Notes: generated by a model not told the origin, from the sequence alone. DNA of 63,408 nucleotides, filler included, from Octopus bimaculoides (GCF_001194135.2; 6 parts of 6 records of this genome joined end to end with filler, not necessarily neighbours in it), one strand, 5' to 3'; shown: positions 26,695-40,449, counted from the first letter of the whole stretch. A program made the numbers and translations.

Positions 26695-26962
26695 TAGGGG
26701 GACTACAATGGGCAGCAGTATTCAAGGTGAGGCCTAGTGAATGTGGAGAAGAGAAGGATGATGGTTTCCTGATCTCTGGATAGAATGGTTCTGAGGATCC
26801 ATGAGCACATTCTGCGGCCAAAATCGATTATTTTCTTGAAGTGCACACTCCAGCTAAGGTTACTGTCGACAGTTACACCTAAGTCTCCGACGGTTCAAGT
26901 AGGTCTCCCGAGGGTAGTGTATATGGTTGTTTGAGTGTGCCCTCTTTTCCAAAGTGGATGAA
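26695..26962 (-). mobile_element. CR1-clade LINE RT C-terminal fragment
   Basis: HFGKEGTLK..DLGVTVDSNLSWSVHFKKIIDFGRRMCSWILRTILSRDQETIILLFSTFTRPHLEYCCPL*SP. Confidence 0.88.
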
Positions 26963-26964
26963 CC

Positions 26965-27275
26965 CAAATTAACATGCAAGTGACTGAGCACTCCACAGAC
27001 ACGTGTACCCTTAACGTAGTTCTCGGGGGAGATTCAGCGTGACACAGAGTGTGACAAGGCTGGTCCTTTGAATTACAGGCACAACAGAAACAGAAAGAAA
27101 GAGTGAAAGAAAGTTGTGGTGAAAGAGTACAGCAGGGTTCGCCATCATCCCCTGCCGGAGCCTCGTGGAGCTTAAGTGTTTTTGTTCAATAAACACTCAC
27201 ACCGCCCGGCCTGGGAATCGAAACCACGATCCTATGATTGTCAGTTCACTGCCCTAACCACTGGGCCATTGCGCC
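26965..27275 (-). mobile_element. tRNA-headed SINE family C
   Basis: GGCCCAGTGGTTAGGGCAGTG..GGTTTCGATTCCC head and CTACGTTAAGGGTACACGTGTCTGTGGAGTGCTCAG body. Related copies at about 625-782(-), 2130-2260(+), 4140-4440(-) and 17895-18165(-). Confidence 0.8.
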
Positions 27276-27689
27276 TCCACACATCCACCACCACTACTAA
27301 CATCAACACCAGTACCACAGCTGCCGTCGTCACCACCTTCACTACAACCGCTGCCGTCACCATCAGCGTCTCCACCACAGCGAATGACATTTATTTTATG
27401 GAAGTGGAGAGAGAAGTTACTGAAGAGATTGCAAGAGTGCAATGAAATAACTTAACAAAAAACTATATAAATTAATAAAGGACTGAACCAGTGCGTGTGT
27501 TTATTACCGGCATAATGCCTCTCCCAAGGTTTAATTGTATTTCTTTCAACACACGTATCCACATCAAGAATCTTGCACACGAAATACACATACGAAATAA
27601 AATGTATACTTTCTCGGTAAAATACGATAAAACAATTTTGAAATAACTATTAGTAATAACAACAACAGCAGCAACAACAACAATGATAA

Positions 27690-28135
27690 TAATCCTTTCT
27701 ACTCTAGGCACAAGGTCTGAAATTTTGGTGGGAAGAGAGCCAGTCGATTAAATCGACCCCAGTGCGTAACTGGTACTTAATTTCTCGACCAAAAAAAGGA
27801 TGAAAAGCAAAGTCAACCTCGGTGGAATTTGAACTCAGAACGTAGCGACAGACGAAATACCGCTAAGCATTTCTCCCGGCGTGTTAACGTTTCTGCCAGC
27901 TCGCCGCCGTAATAAAAATCTTTTCTACTATAGGTACAAGGCCCGAAATTTTGGTGGGCAGAGGGCTAATCGATTAGACTGACCCCAGTACGCAACTTGT
28001 ACTTCATTTCTCGACCAAAAGAAGGATAAAAGGCAAATTCGACCTCGGTGGAATTTGAACTCAGAACGTAGCAACGGGCGAAATACCGCTAAACATATCG
28101 CCCGGCGTGCTAATGTTTCTGCCAGCTCGCTGCTT
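27690..28135 (-). mobile_element. Two head-to-tail copies of tRNA-headed SINE family A
   Basis: Each about 220 nt: GGCGGCGAGCTGGCAGAAAC..GAGTTCAAATTCC..GTCGAC/TTTGCC/TTTCATCC..AAGTACCAG..GGCCTTGTGCC..AGAAAAGATT. Confidence 0.88.
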
Positions 28136-28659
28136 TAATAGTAATGATATTGATAATATTTAAGGTGAGTGACAAAGAGGGCGCGGGATAGGAGGTTAAA
28201 AAAATAAATCATATTTTTGTCAGCAAGCAATATAGCCATTATTTATTGAATAACACACACACACACACACACATACACACACGCACGCACACACACGCGC
28301 ACGCACACACACACACACATGCTTATATATAAAATACTAAATGCGTATTACGCACTTATAAATTTTCTGCCTCGATAACTTGTTTATAATGGTTTCCGTT
28401 TGGCTTTAAGAATATCACATATCAAATGATATTTCAATGAAACAAAATCCATTTTTTTTCTATTCGTTTTTTATTCATTTTTTTTTATTTTTGCCTTTGC
28501 CTTTATATTATCTCCTTTTTGTAATGTATTTTTAAAAAGATTTCTTTTGTCTTTTATTTTATCGTTTGTCAATTCAACATTTGTCGTTCAATATTGTAGT
28601 CGCCATCGTTATTAGTCCTCAGTGTTGTTACAATCAACCGTCATCATCTTTACCATTTT

Positions 28660-28668
28660 CACGTATCA

Positions 28669-28707
<39 letters not shown>

Positions 28708-28838
28708 TCATCGTTGTCGTCGTTGTCTTCGTCGTCGTAGTCATGATCATGATCATGATCATCGCCACCACCACCACCACCACTACTATCATCATCATCA
28801 TCATCAAAATCATCATCATCATCATCATCATCATTACC

Positions 28839-28892
<54 letters not shown>

Positions 28893-28922
28893 GTCATCAT
28901 CATCATCATCTTCATCATCATC

Positions 28923-28957
<35 letters not shown>
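28660..28957. repeat. Compound (GTC)n/(CAC)n/(ATC)n microsatellite, representative of many
   Basis: Directly visible. Others include (TA)/(TG) 1-70, (AG) 3985-4040, (CA) 7600-7700, (GATA) 30110-30170 and 32330-32420, (AAG) 36541-36675 and 37148-37275, (TTC)/(CTA)/(AAT) 61918-62290 and (ATT) 63155-63222. They explain most ORF-track entries. Confidence 0.97.
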
Positions 28958-29259
28958 NNNNNNNNNNNNNNNNNNNNNNNNNNNNNNNNNNNNNNNNNNN
29001 NNNNNNNNNNNNNNNNNNNNNNNNNNNNNNNNNNNNNNNNNNNNNNNNNNNNNNNNNNNNNNNNNNNNNNNNNNNNNNNNNNNNNNNNNNNNNNNNNNNN
29101 NNNNNNNNNNNNNNNNNNNNNNNNNNNNNNNNNNNNNNNNNNNNNNNNNNNNNNNNNNNNNNNNNNNNNNNNNNNNNNNNNNNNNNNNNNNNNNNNNNNN
29201 NNNNNNNNNNNNNNNNNNNNNNNNNNNNNNNNNNNNNNNNNNNNNNNNNNNNNNNNNNT

Positions 29260-29492
29260 TATGTTTGACTCTCGTAGCTGCCACATCTTGGCGATCTCAA
29301 TTTTCAAGTCTCCATATTTGTCGACATTTTCTCTTTCTTTCATGATAATATGTTGATCTCCTGGCACTGGCGCGTTGATTATTAGCCATTCTTGCTGGTT
29401 CCTTCTAAAGGTTACGATATCTGGCCGCCGGTGCTCTAACACCTTGTCTGTCTGGAAGACGAAGTCCAGAGGATCTTTTCCTTCCCCTTCTC
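29260..29492 (-). mobile_element. R4/Dong-type restriction-like endonuclease fragment
   Basis: FQTDKVLEHRRPDIVTF..IINAPVPGD..KERENVDKYGDLKIEIAKMWQL carries the PD...KY motif. Cut by the gap. Confidence 0.85.
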
Positions 29493-29516
29493 GTTCATTA
29501 CCTTTTCCGGAAGCAC

Positions 29517-29584
<68 letters not shown>

Positions 29585-30110
29585 CACCCAAAGACCTCAA
29601 GAGACAACACATTAGAAGATCAAGTACGTGTTATGACTAGGGTACCATATTTTGAATTTTGCACAGGGTATTGTTCTAGAGAATGTCTGTCAAAACATAA
29701 GTGAATTAGAAGTTTGCATAAATTAAACGAGCAAAACTCTTCTCTGTGAAGTTAGCATTTCTTTGAATAACATTTAATGAGATTTCGATGGTGTAATTAA
29801 AACATTAGCGCGTAAGTATGTCACATCTCTTTCCAACGATGCAGACAGCTGAATAACACATCAAGTTCCGTTTGTTCTGCAAAGAAAAGAAACAATCGCA
29901 ATATATACGATATAAAGTTTCTGATATACTGAACTGAAAAAAAGAAAAAGGATAAAAAAGACCTGATTCCTTATAGCCTTTATTCTTTACTTTTATTTAT
30001 TTTTTATTTATTTCAATGACTGGATTGTAACCACACTGGAGCACCACGGTAAAGTGTTTAGTCGAACAAAATGAATCCACTAAGTATGTAGTTTAAGCTT
30101 GATACTTATC

Positions 30111-30171
<61 letters not shown>

Positions 30172-30660
30172 AATCTGACTACTTATCTACTTGTCTGTCT
30201 ACTTGTATGTATGAGTGTATGTGCGTGTGTGTATATGTATNNNNNNNNNNNNNNNNNNNNNNNNNNNNNNNNNNNNNNNNNNNNNNNNNNNNNNNNNNNN
30301 NNNNNNNNNNNNNNNNNNNNNNNNNNNNNNNNNNNNNNNNNNNNNNNNNNNNNNNNNNNNNNNNNNNNNNNNNNNNNNNNNNNNNNNNNNNNNNNNNNNN
30401 NNNNNNNNNNNNNNNNNNNNNNNNNNNNNNNNNNNNNNNNNNNNNNNNNNNNNNNNNNNNNNNNNNNNNNNNNNNNNNNNNNNNNNNNNNNNNNNNNNNN
30501 NNNNNNNNNNNNNNNNNNNNNNNNNNNNNNNNNNNNNNNNNNNNNNNNNNNNNNNNNNNNNNNNNNNNNNNNNNNNNNNNNNNNNNNNNNNNNNNNNNNN
30601 NNNNNNNNNNNNNNNNNNNNNNNNNNNNNNNNNNNNNNNNNNNNNNNNNNNNNNNNNNNN

Positions 30661-30723
<63 letters not shown>

Positions 30724-32327
30724 ATATTTATACACACACATCAGGAAAAAGTTAATATTAAACGTAGTGATGCATGAAGGGAACAGTATAGTATTGAATG
30801 AATATAAGAATGAATTTAAGAAATCAATGGATATACGAAAATTGGGGAAAGGTGAAGAAAGAAAATATGAGATTATGGGACGAAGAGAGTGTGTGTGATT
30901 GTCACATCCACTGAAATTGAGATGACGTAATGGTGGAGATATCACTTGACAAGAATTTTCAAAAGGTTCGGAGGTAACCTGTTTTGTCTGAATTTCTTTG
31001 TAGACATGTGAAGTAGATCTCAAAACACATGAACGGAAGCAACAGTTTCTTTACAGACACCTTGTTAAAATTCTGTCAGAAACTGCTTGTTTAGCCAAGT
31101 TACGCGTCATCGATTGGGTTTTATTGACACTCAGTCTGTTGCTAATGAGAACTAATATTGTAACACAAAGATCTTTCACTGAACATTTTGATAAAAGGAA
31201 AAACTAATGTTTATAAATATACCAAAATAATAGATGACTTTATACACCGAGTGGTGAATGCCGTGATTAGTATTTTGATATTTAGATGTTTCTGTTGAGA
31301 TTAAACATCAGTTACTGTATGTCACGGATAATGTGGCCATGTCTTATAAACGAAAGATAGATACTATTAGCTGCATAGTTTAAGGCGACAAGCTGACAGA
31401 ATCGTCAGCACGCCGGTCGTAATGCTCAACGTATTTCGTCCGTCAGTAATTCTGATTTCAAAATCCGCCGACCTCGACTTTGCCTTTCATTCTTATGAGA
31501 TCGATAAAATAAGTAACAGCTGAGCACTAGGGTCGATTTAATCGACTATACCCCTCCCATCAAATTCCAGGCCTTGTGCCTATAGTAGAAAGGATTATTA
31601 GGTGTATGGTTACAGCGTAAATGCGTGTGTGTGTGTGTATTTTATTAATATACATTACTCTGTGAAACAAGGACAGTATGCTGTATAGAGTGAATTCCTT
31701 ATAAAGTTTACATGACTAAGGGAGTGCAGAAAAACATAGGAACCGTCAACCGTGTTTGTAAAATTTTATATATGATATGCTTTTCTGTTTTTACTAGATT
31801 ATTCGCGTTACAATCCAAATCAGAGTGCCCTAGTTAGAGATTACGTGTGATCTCCAGCAGCCAGTTTTTTTTTTACAGGACTGCTACTAATTTGCATATT
31901 TAAAAAGGGTCCGGGGATTGATGGAGTAAAAAGTTTTACACTCAGTTTATTGTCATCTCAACAGCGTAACCTTTCGATAAGTGTGGAGTATTTCGGACTA
32001 TATCGTGCACAGTTGAAGTAGTCATAACATCGAAGAACGATAATATTTATATGCCTATTCAGATGAAATGTAGCAAATTTTGCACTATATTTGTAGGGTG
32101 ATCAAACTGAGAGCAACCACGCCTGTTCTTCACAGCTTACTACGCAGTTCCATATTCCTGAGTGTGACATTCAAAATATTCATCGATGGAGAGAAGAAAG
32201 AAAATAGATTTAATAGCGAATGCTTACGAAAGTAGCTTGACGTAATTTCTCATATTTCCTTTCGTCCACTCTCTGGCTTTCATTTATTCAATTACTATTA
32301 TTCTATGAATTAATCGTCCACTCTGTA

Positions 32328-32374
<47 letters not shown>

Positions 32375-32375
32375 A

Positions 32376-32416
<41 letters not shown>

Positions 32417-33122
32417 GTCTGTCTGTCTGTCTGTCTTTCTGTCTGTTTGTCTGTCTGTCTTTATGTATGTCTTTCTATCCATTTAGTTATCTGTCTGTCT
32501 GTCTGTCTATCTATCTATATGATATGCAATAAGGAAAAGATTTAGTGACGAGGCAGAGATATTTTTTTATGAGCCATATGGTATAAATTTTGATATGGTG
32601 TCTTATTTAGGCAATATATACTTCTAACACATTACACCAATATCTAAGATAAAACGGTCACCGTTACATACAAACTTCACAAAATGCATTCCAAATCAAA
32701 CCAACAAGAAAACCAAGCCTTAATCTAAGTTATTTGAAATAATATAAAAATATGACCTCCAAACCTTAACATTTTGTCTTAAAAACAGAAAGAATTTATT
32801 GTATAATATAATTGTAGATGTCCTTAGAAATGCGGGTTTGTTAAGAGTGAAACACCTCTCCTTATATGCTATAGTTGATCAGAGTTAACCTGAGACTAAG
32901 CAAAACATTCATAACATCCCAAGTGATTGAAGGGCTAGAGTTTATTGTTTTGTCTGTAGTTGTTGGTGCAGTAGCCGTGATCGTTGGTTTTATGGGTTTG
33001 TGGATTTTAGGCAATATCAAGTCAGTTCCGATCGAGCTGAGCTGCAATCAAATTCATGCTATGACCATCTGGTTTGTTTTATGAACATGATTGTTATTAA
33101 TTTATTAACGGATTTTCTAATA

Positions 33123-35175
33123 CTGTAGATCTCGCTTTATAAATCCACTGATAACTCCACCCATTTAATGAATCCAAAATGGGTTGGGACGGAATTTTTA
33201 CACATAAAATCTCTCGTTTAATAAATACAAACCATCACTTAATAAATCCAATTATCGCTACTTCTTCCTAAAGTGTCAACAAGTGGCAGCGAACGAAAGT
33301 GTGTTTTTTTTTCACTCTTAAATACTGACAGGTAGGCTCCAGCAACCACTGCCAGCCAGTTGTCACGGGATACACTCTATCATCCAAAAACAGATCAATA
33401 AATATGTTGTAACTGGCGGTGGCTGCTGGAGTCTACCACACAACCCCGTCATTCAAGCTAAAATGTTGGCTCCGGGAGACTTCTTGTCAAAATTATGCGC
33501 GCTTTCATTCATTGGATGATGGATTGTACCACGCGACAGCTGGTTGGTTGTGGCTGCTGAAGCCTACATGTCAGTATTTAAGGGTGAAAAAAAAAAACAA
33601 AAAAAAAAACAGGTCATTCGTCATTCGCGCAGGCAGACACACACGTACGTTGTTCAAAATGTTCAAAATGAAAAGAGAGAGGTAGAACAAATCCGTGGCA
33701 GAAATGATTCAATTGGTAGAATGTTGCCATGCTCTTGGAAAAACAACTCAGTGGGAAGCAGCACAGAGTTTGGGAATTTCAAGAGGTCTACTCCAGAATT
33801 TGCTTAAGAATGAGGATGACCTTTGTGCCAAAGAACACGATGGCTATTCATCAAAGAGTAAGCGCCACGGGAAATAACCAACACTTAGACCGTGCCCTCT
33901 ACGATAGGTTTCAATTTATTCGCTCGAGAAATGTCCCCGTCAATGGCCCAGTCCTAATGCACAAAGCACGATTTTAAGGCATGTGAAGGTTGATTTCGCC
34001 GTTGGCAAAAAAGACATCGAATCTCTTTTACGGTTCTAAAAGGTAAGCGTTGTAGCTCACTAGTTCACATTTTTCTCTTTAGAGAACACAAACTAAAATT
34101 TCATGCTTTGCAGATCTTGCAGCTGAAGCCGACGTCGGCGGAGCCCATCAATTTCGTGAGAAAACTATCCAGCTTCTGTTGAAATCGTACCAGCCACAGG
34201 ACATCTACAATGTCGATGAAACTGGGTTCTACTTTCGTGCATTACGAGGGAATACAAATGTCAACGAGAGTTGTAAGAAACTGTGACGGGTTTTAAGACG
34301 TCAGAGGACCGTATGAACTTGATGGTGGCCAGCAACATGAATGGAGACAAAGAAAACTTGCTCTTAATCAGAAAGGTTGGTTCGCCAAGGTGCTTCAAAA
34401 ATGTCAAAACGTTTCCGATTCAGTACGACTTTTCAACCAATGCTTGGATGACAGAAATAAAATCTATGGAAGGTGGTTCAGATCTTGGGATCGTCGTTTA
34501 AAGGTATCATGGAAGACAAGTGGTGGACCTACTTCACAATTGCTCTTCTCGTGTAGTCATCGATGATCTCAAGAATATCACTTTAAAATTTCTTCCTCCT
34601 AACACAACGTCAGTGCTGCAGCCCTGTGATATGGGGATAATCAAGACATTGAAAGCCTTTTTCAGACATGAAATGCGCGAGGTGAAGACACTGAACGGGA
34701 CATATTTTCTCAAGACGTTGCAAAGTAGATCACCATTTTGAATGTCATATACATGTTAACCGTAGCTTGGAAAAAGGTCTCTAGTCAGAAAATCAAAGAT
34801 TGTTGGACCAAAACTGGTTTTGTTTCGGCCGAAGAGTCAAATGAAGCCACAGATGTTAACAATGATTTGATCCTGCCTTCACCGCTTACTGGATTGACCA
34901 GAAAGCAATTTCAGAACTGGTTGTCCATAGATGATGGTGCTGTTGTTGCTCCAGAGATCATCACTGAAAACGAAAAACTAGACGAGATCATTCACGACAT
35001 TCGGCAATCTGAGTCTGAGAAGGAAATAGAGGGAGATGAAGATGGCGATTCCGACGTTGATGCTGATGAAAGAGTTCCAGAGCCTCCAATACCAGCTGAA
35101 ATGTAATCGAAACTGTGCCGGTGCTTTGCTCATCATCCATTTATACATTTTGTACAATTTCACCATCATATATAN
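33123..35175 (+). mobile_element. Decayed Tigger/pogo DNA transposon (HTH + CENP-B HTH + DDE_1); right end lost in the gap
   Basis: TA at 33121-33122 followed by TIR-like CTGTAGATCTCGCTTTATAAATCC with repeated TTAATAAATCC-like motifs up to 33250. Frames: EAAQSLGISRGLLQNLLKN, RSRNVPVNGPVLMHKA, DIYNVDETGFYFRAL, PRCFKNVKTFPIQYDFSTNAWMT, LKFLPPNTTSVLQPCDMGIIK, AWKKVSSQKIKDCWTKTGF. Several stops and frameshifts. Confidence 0.92.
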
Positions 35176-35387
35176 NNNNNNNNNNNNNNNNNNNNNNNNN
35201 NNNNNNNNNNNNNNNNNNNNNNNNNNNNNNNNNNNNNNNNNNNNNNNNNNNNNNNNNNNNNNNNNNNNNNNNNNNNNNNNNNNNNNNNNNNNNNNNNNNN
35301 NNNNNNNNNNNNNNNNNNNNNNNNNNNNNNNNNNNNNNNNNNNNNNNNNNNNNNNNNNNNNNNNNNNNNNNNNNNNNNNNNNNNNNN

Positions 35388-35420
<33 letters not shown>

Positions 35421-35485
35421 GTTTGCGTGTGTCTTACTATATGTATATGCATGCGTTAAATATATATGCATATAATATTTGGATA

Positions 35486-35529
<44 letters not shown>

Positions 35530-36540
35530 GTATGTATATATGAATGTGTATATACATATATAAATATATGTAAATAAAAAATAAATAAATTTGTATGTGT
35601 GTGTATGCGTGCGTGCGTGCGTGCGGGTATGCGTAAGTGTGTGCGTGTGTGTGCGTATGTATATAAGCTAAGAAACGACATTTTAGGGTAGCTGAAATGT
35701 CTTATGTTGTCCTTTCATATCTTGCTAAAAATACAAATCTTAATACGTTATTTATTTAGAACTGTAACATCAGTCAACATCGACCTTTCATTTACTGCTA
35801 TATTATGAGATGTTTTTAATGATTTTATCATTATTATTATTATTATTATTATTATTGTTATTATTATTATTATTGTTGTTGTTGTTGTTGTTATATTTTA
35901 CCAAATACCAAAGGCAGCACTAATACAAACAAGGAAACAGACATTAGGAAACAAGGAAACAAGGAAACAAAGACATAACTATTCTTTGATTTCATTGCAA
36001 AATACTTCAACCAAATGCCAAAATATCATTCAGTTTATTCAGCAAAGTTGGTATCAGGCTAAATCCAGCGAGAAAATATGAATCGTTGCCATGTTCATTC
36101 TAGCATGAAACAAAAATCATGTCTCCGGTATTCTCCCAATCATCAAGAATGGCAGCTTCCCACTATGAGTTTTTACGTCTTTTCAAGTAGAATCGTCGAG
36201 TAGCAAGTTTTATTGTTGTTGTTATTGTTGTTGCCGTTGTTGTTGCCGTTAATATTGTTCTTGTTTTCGTCGTCGTATCGTCGCTCATGTGATGATTGTT
36301 GTTGTAGCAGTTTTTTGTTTTTTTTTTCTTTTGCTTTATTATAAAAACAAATGCAAGCATACAAGTTGTCACATGACTTGTTTCGAGGTGCTGAATGAAT
36401 GAATAATATAAATTTACTGCAGCAATTGTTAACGGAACCTAAACGGGAAACGTGGCGCTCGATGCTGAAAATGGAACGGCCAATTGTTTAAATTGAAAGA
36501 AAAATACGTTAAAAACAAAGTGTAATTAGTTGAAAAAAAT

Positions 36541-36572
<32 letters not shown>

Positions 36573-37968
36573 AAGAAGAAGAAGAAGAAGAAGAAGAAGA
36601 AGAAGAATTGGAAGAAGAAGAAGAAGAAGAAGAAGAAGAAGAAGAAGAAGAAGAAGAAGAAGAAGAAGAAGAAGGACTTGGNNNNNNNNNNNNNNNNNNN
36701 NNNNNNNNNNNNNNNNNNNNNNNNNNNNNNNNNNNNNNNNNNNNNNNNNNNNNNNNNNNNNNNNNNNNNNNNNNNNNNNNNNNNNNNNNNNNNNNNNNNN
36801 NNNNNNNNNNNNNNNNNNNNNNNNNNNNNNNNNNNNNNNNNNNNNNNNNNNNNNNNNNNNNNNNNNNNNNNNNNNNNNNNNNNNNNNNNNNNNNNNNNNN
36901 NNNNNNNNNNNNNNNNNNNNNNNNNNNNNNNNNNNNNNNNNNNNNNNNNNNNNNNNNNNNNNNNNNNNNNNNNNNNNNNNNNNNNNNNNNNNNNNNNNNN
37001 NNNNNNNNNNNNNNNNNNNNNNNNNNNNNNNNNNNNNNNNNNNNNNNNNNNNNNNNNNNNNNNNNNNNNNNNNNNNNNNNNNNNNNNNNNNNNNNNNNNN
37101 NNNNNNNNNNNNNNNNNNNNNNNNNNNNNNNNNNNNNNNNNNNNNNNAAGAAGAAGAAGAAGAAGAAGAAGAAGAAGAAGAAGAAGAAGAAGAAGAAGAA
37201 GAAGAAGAATTGGAAGAAGAAGAAGAAGAAGAAGAAGAAGAAGAAGAAGAAGAAGAAGAAGAAGAAGAAGAAGAAGGACTTGGTGTTGAACACAATATAA
37301 GAATAAATCCTGGCATCGATATCAAAGACTAACTCCCTTTAAGGCGGTGCTCCAGCATCGCCGCAGACAAAATGACTGAAACAAGTAAAAGAATAAAAGA
37401 GAAAGAAAAGAATATATATATATATATCTCTCCGTTGTAGCTGGAACAAGGAAGACGTGTTCTTGTCTGTCTCCTGTCCAAGCTTGATTTACGCGTTCGC
37501 CACCACAACCTCGTTCAGGCTTAGCAGCCCTTCCTGTTTGTTTTCACTGTCTTCTTTTTGTGTTACCAATTTTGACCGTCCGCAAAATCCCAAATTTTAT
37601 TTAACTTGCTTTGCGGGAGCAACTGTTTTATTGAAAGCATGCCTTGTTGTTAAATGCTCGAAATACGAAGCTAGAAAAACAGCCAACAACTGATGAAGGG
37701 TCGTTCTTTATGTTGTTTGTTTGTTTTTTCCATGTTCATTGTTTGAAAGAAAAGTTCATGTACTTGTGTTCCCTTTGTTTTATTTTTTTGTTTTACACGT
37801 TTCGTGGCGTCCTGTGCCCACATATGCATGTATACGTATAGATGTATGGACATATAGATATGTNNNNNNNNNNNNNNNNNNNNNNNNNNNNNNNNNNNNN
37901 NNNNNNNTTAATTAATTAANNNNNNNNNNNNNNNNNNNNNNNNNNNNNNNNNNNNNNNNNNNNTTTTG

Positions 37969-38007
<39 letters not shown>

Positions 38008-38227
38008 ATTAAGGGATCAGCAAATATTTGCTTCACCACATACCGAAGTTCAGAAATAGCAGCTAAAAAAGCTGAGACTCCAACAGATAGCATTACTTGT
38101 AACTCACAAAGGCAAAAACAAGAAGAAAAAACAATGAAAACTAACCATTCCGAAGATTAATCGTAGACGCGTTTCTGGATTATGAGTGATAAATACTTAA
38201 TTTCATTCATCAATTGATGTATGTATG

Positions 38228-38266
<39 letters not shown>

Positions 38267-39296
38267 TTGCGTTTGTCCCAAAATACTGCTTGACAACCAG
38301 TATTGGCCTGTTTATATCCCTGTAACTTAGCAGTTCAGCAAACAAGACAAACAGAATAAGTACCAGACTTAGCAAAATAATAACTGGGATCAATTTGTTT
38401 GACTGAACCTTTCAAGGCAGTGCCTCCACTCCACCACACCCCAGCATGGCCACAGTAGAAAAAACTAAAGCAACTAAAATATATATAAAAAAAAAAAAGA
38501 CACTCACAAACTTTTATAACCCAAATAATTAAAGAATTGGAACAACACAAATTGCAGCATTCAGTGGGAAATATGTAATAAATACTGTGAACTTATTACA
38601 CACCCTGATTCCTGTGAATAAATCCTGATTTTTCTTTACAAAAACAAGTACATTATAAATCCTCATCACCATAATCATCATTGTACCAATGTCTACTTTT
38701 GTATGGTTCAGGTGAGAGGATGTTGGGAGAGGGTTTTTTTTTATGGCTGGATAAACCTTGATACCCACAGCTACATGTTTCCAATTAAAGTAATAATTCC
38801 CCAGCCTACTGACAGGCAAACAGCCTGAACCTTTTGTTTACAACTAGAAACATATATGAAAGCGAGGAGAAATATGTAATCACTCACAACACAGACACAC
38901 ACATATAAACACTACAGACTTCTTTCAGTTTCCATCTATCAAATCCACTAACAATGTTTTAGTCTGCCTGGGGCTATGGTAAATGACACTTTGCTCAAGG
39001 TACCATGCAGTGGGACTGAACCTGAAATCATGTGGTTGGAAAGCAAGCTTCTTCATGGTTTATAGCCATGGCGGCACTTATAACACACACACACACACAC
39101 AACACACACATGAGATCTGGGCTAAGCCTTTCAATATACATTTTGTTCAACTTGTTTTTCTAATAAAACAGGTTTTTATCTTTCTGAAACAACTTTTAGA
39201 ACAGCCAGAAAAGGTACGATCTGTAGCAGTTCCACGTAACAAATTTTTGAACATCAAATTTGAAATTAGTCAAAAGCACACACACACATATACATA

Positions 39297-39607
39297 GGAG
39301 TGACTGTGTGGTAAGTAGCTTGCTTACCAACCACATCGTTCCGGGTTCAGTCCCACTGCATGGCACCTTGGGCAAGTGTCTTCTACTATAGCCTCGGGCC
39401 GACCAAAGCTTTGTGAGTGGATTTGGTAGACGGAAACTGAAAGAAGCCCGTCATATACGTGTATATATATGTATGTGTTTGTGTGCCTGTTTGTCCCCCC
39501 CAACATCGCTTGACAACCGATGCTGGTGTGTTTACGTCCCCGTAACTTAGTGGTTCGGCAAAAGAGACTGATAGAATAAGTACTAGGCTTACAAAGAATA
39601 AGTCCTG
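39297..39607 (+). mobile_element. tRNA-headed SINE (family B), cut by a gap
   Basis: Colinear with 8450-8845. Further partial copies at about 16180-16370(-), 23455-23610(-), 38270-38460(+), 38925-39072(-), 42915-43180(+), 50840-50970(-) and 51115-51270(-). Confidence 0.85.
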
Positions 39608-40313
39608 NNNNNNNNNNNNNNNNNNNNNNNNNNNNNNNNNNNNNNNNNNNNNNNNNNNNNNNNNNNNNNNNNNNNNNNNNNNNNNNNNNNNNNNNNNNNN
39701 NNNNNNNNNNNNNNNNNNNNNNNNNNNNNNNNNNNNNNNNNNNNNNNNNNNNNNNNNNNNNNNNNNNNNNNNNNNNNNNNNNNNNNNNNNNNNNNNNNNN
39801 NNNNNNNNNNNNNNNNNNNNNNNNNNNNNNNNNNNNNNNNNNNNNNNNNNNNNNNNNNNNNNNNNNNNNNNNNNNNNNNNNNNNNNNNNNNNNNNNNNNN
39901 NNNNNNNNNNNNNNNNNNNNNNNNNNNNNNNNNNNNNNNNNNNNNNNNNNNNNNNNNNNNNNNNNNNNNNNNNNNNNNNNNNNNNNNNNNNNNNNNNNNN
40001 NNNNNNNNNNNNNNNNNNNNNNNNNNNNNNNNNNNNNNNNNNNNNNNNNNNNNNNNNNNNNGGAGAGGGTAAGGTAAGTTAATTTCGTTAACCCCAGAAC
40101 TCAACTGGTACTTATTTTATTGATCCTGAAAGATTAAAAGGCAAAGTCAACCCTGGCAGCATTTGAACTTAGAATGCAAAGACAGACAAAATGCCCCTAA
40201 GCATTTTGCTCAATATGCTAACAATTCTGCTACTTCCATTTTCTGTTTTCCTTATGTATCAACTGCTATTTCCAGTAGACATTGGTGCTTTGTTGTACCA
40301 CAACTCTCCCCCC

Positions 40314-40370
<57 letters not shown>

Positions 40371-40449
40371 TGGACAAACGAAAGAAAGGGCATTCAACAC
40401 ATTTATTTGGAGTTACATGTATTACTCAAAACAGTTTCATTCAGATTCC

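Noticed and set aside
32862-33084. Short hydrophobic or Thr-rich ORFs just before the Tigger element
   Set aside because: No recognisable family and no convincing splice pair.
36541-37285. Identical (AAG)n-AATTGG-(AAG)n-AAGGACTTGG blocks on both sides of a gap
   Set aside because: Most simply an unmerged contig overlap across a microsatellite, not a biological duplication.
37686-37720. CTGATGAAGGG hammerhead-like start
   Set aside because: No downstream GAAAC or stem I partner is visible.
38500-38880. Candidate exons in the CpG-depleted 38-41 kb zone
   Set aside because: The AG/GT pairs tested gave frames with stops or no recognisable homology.
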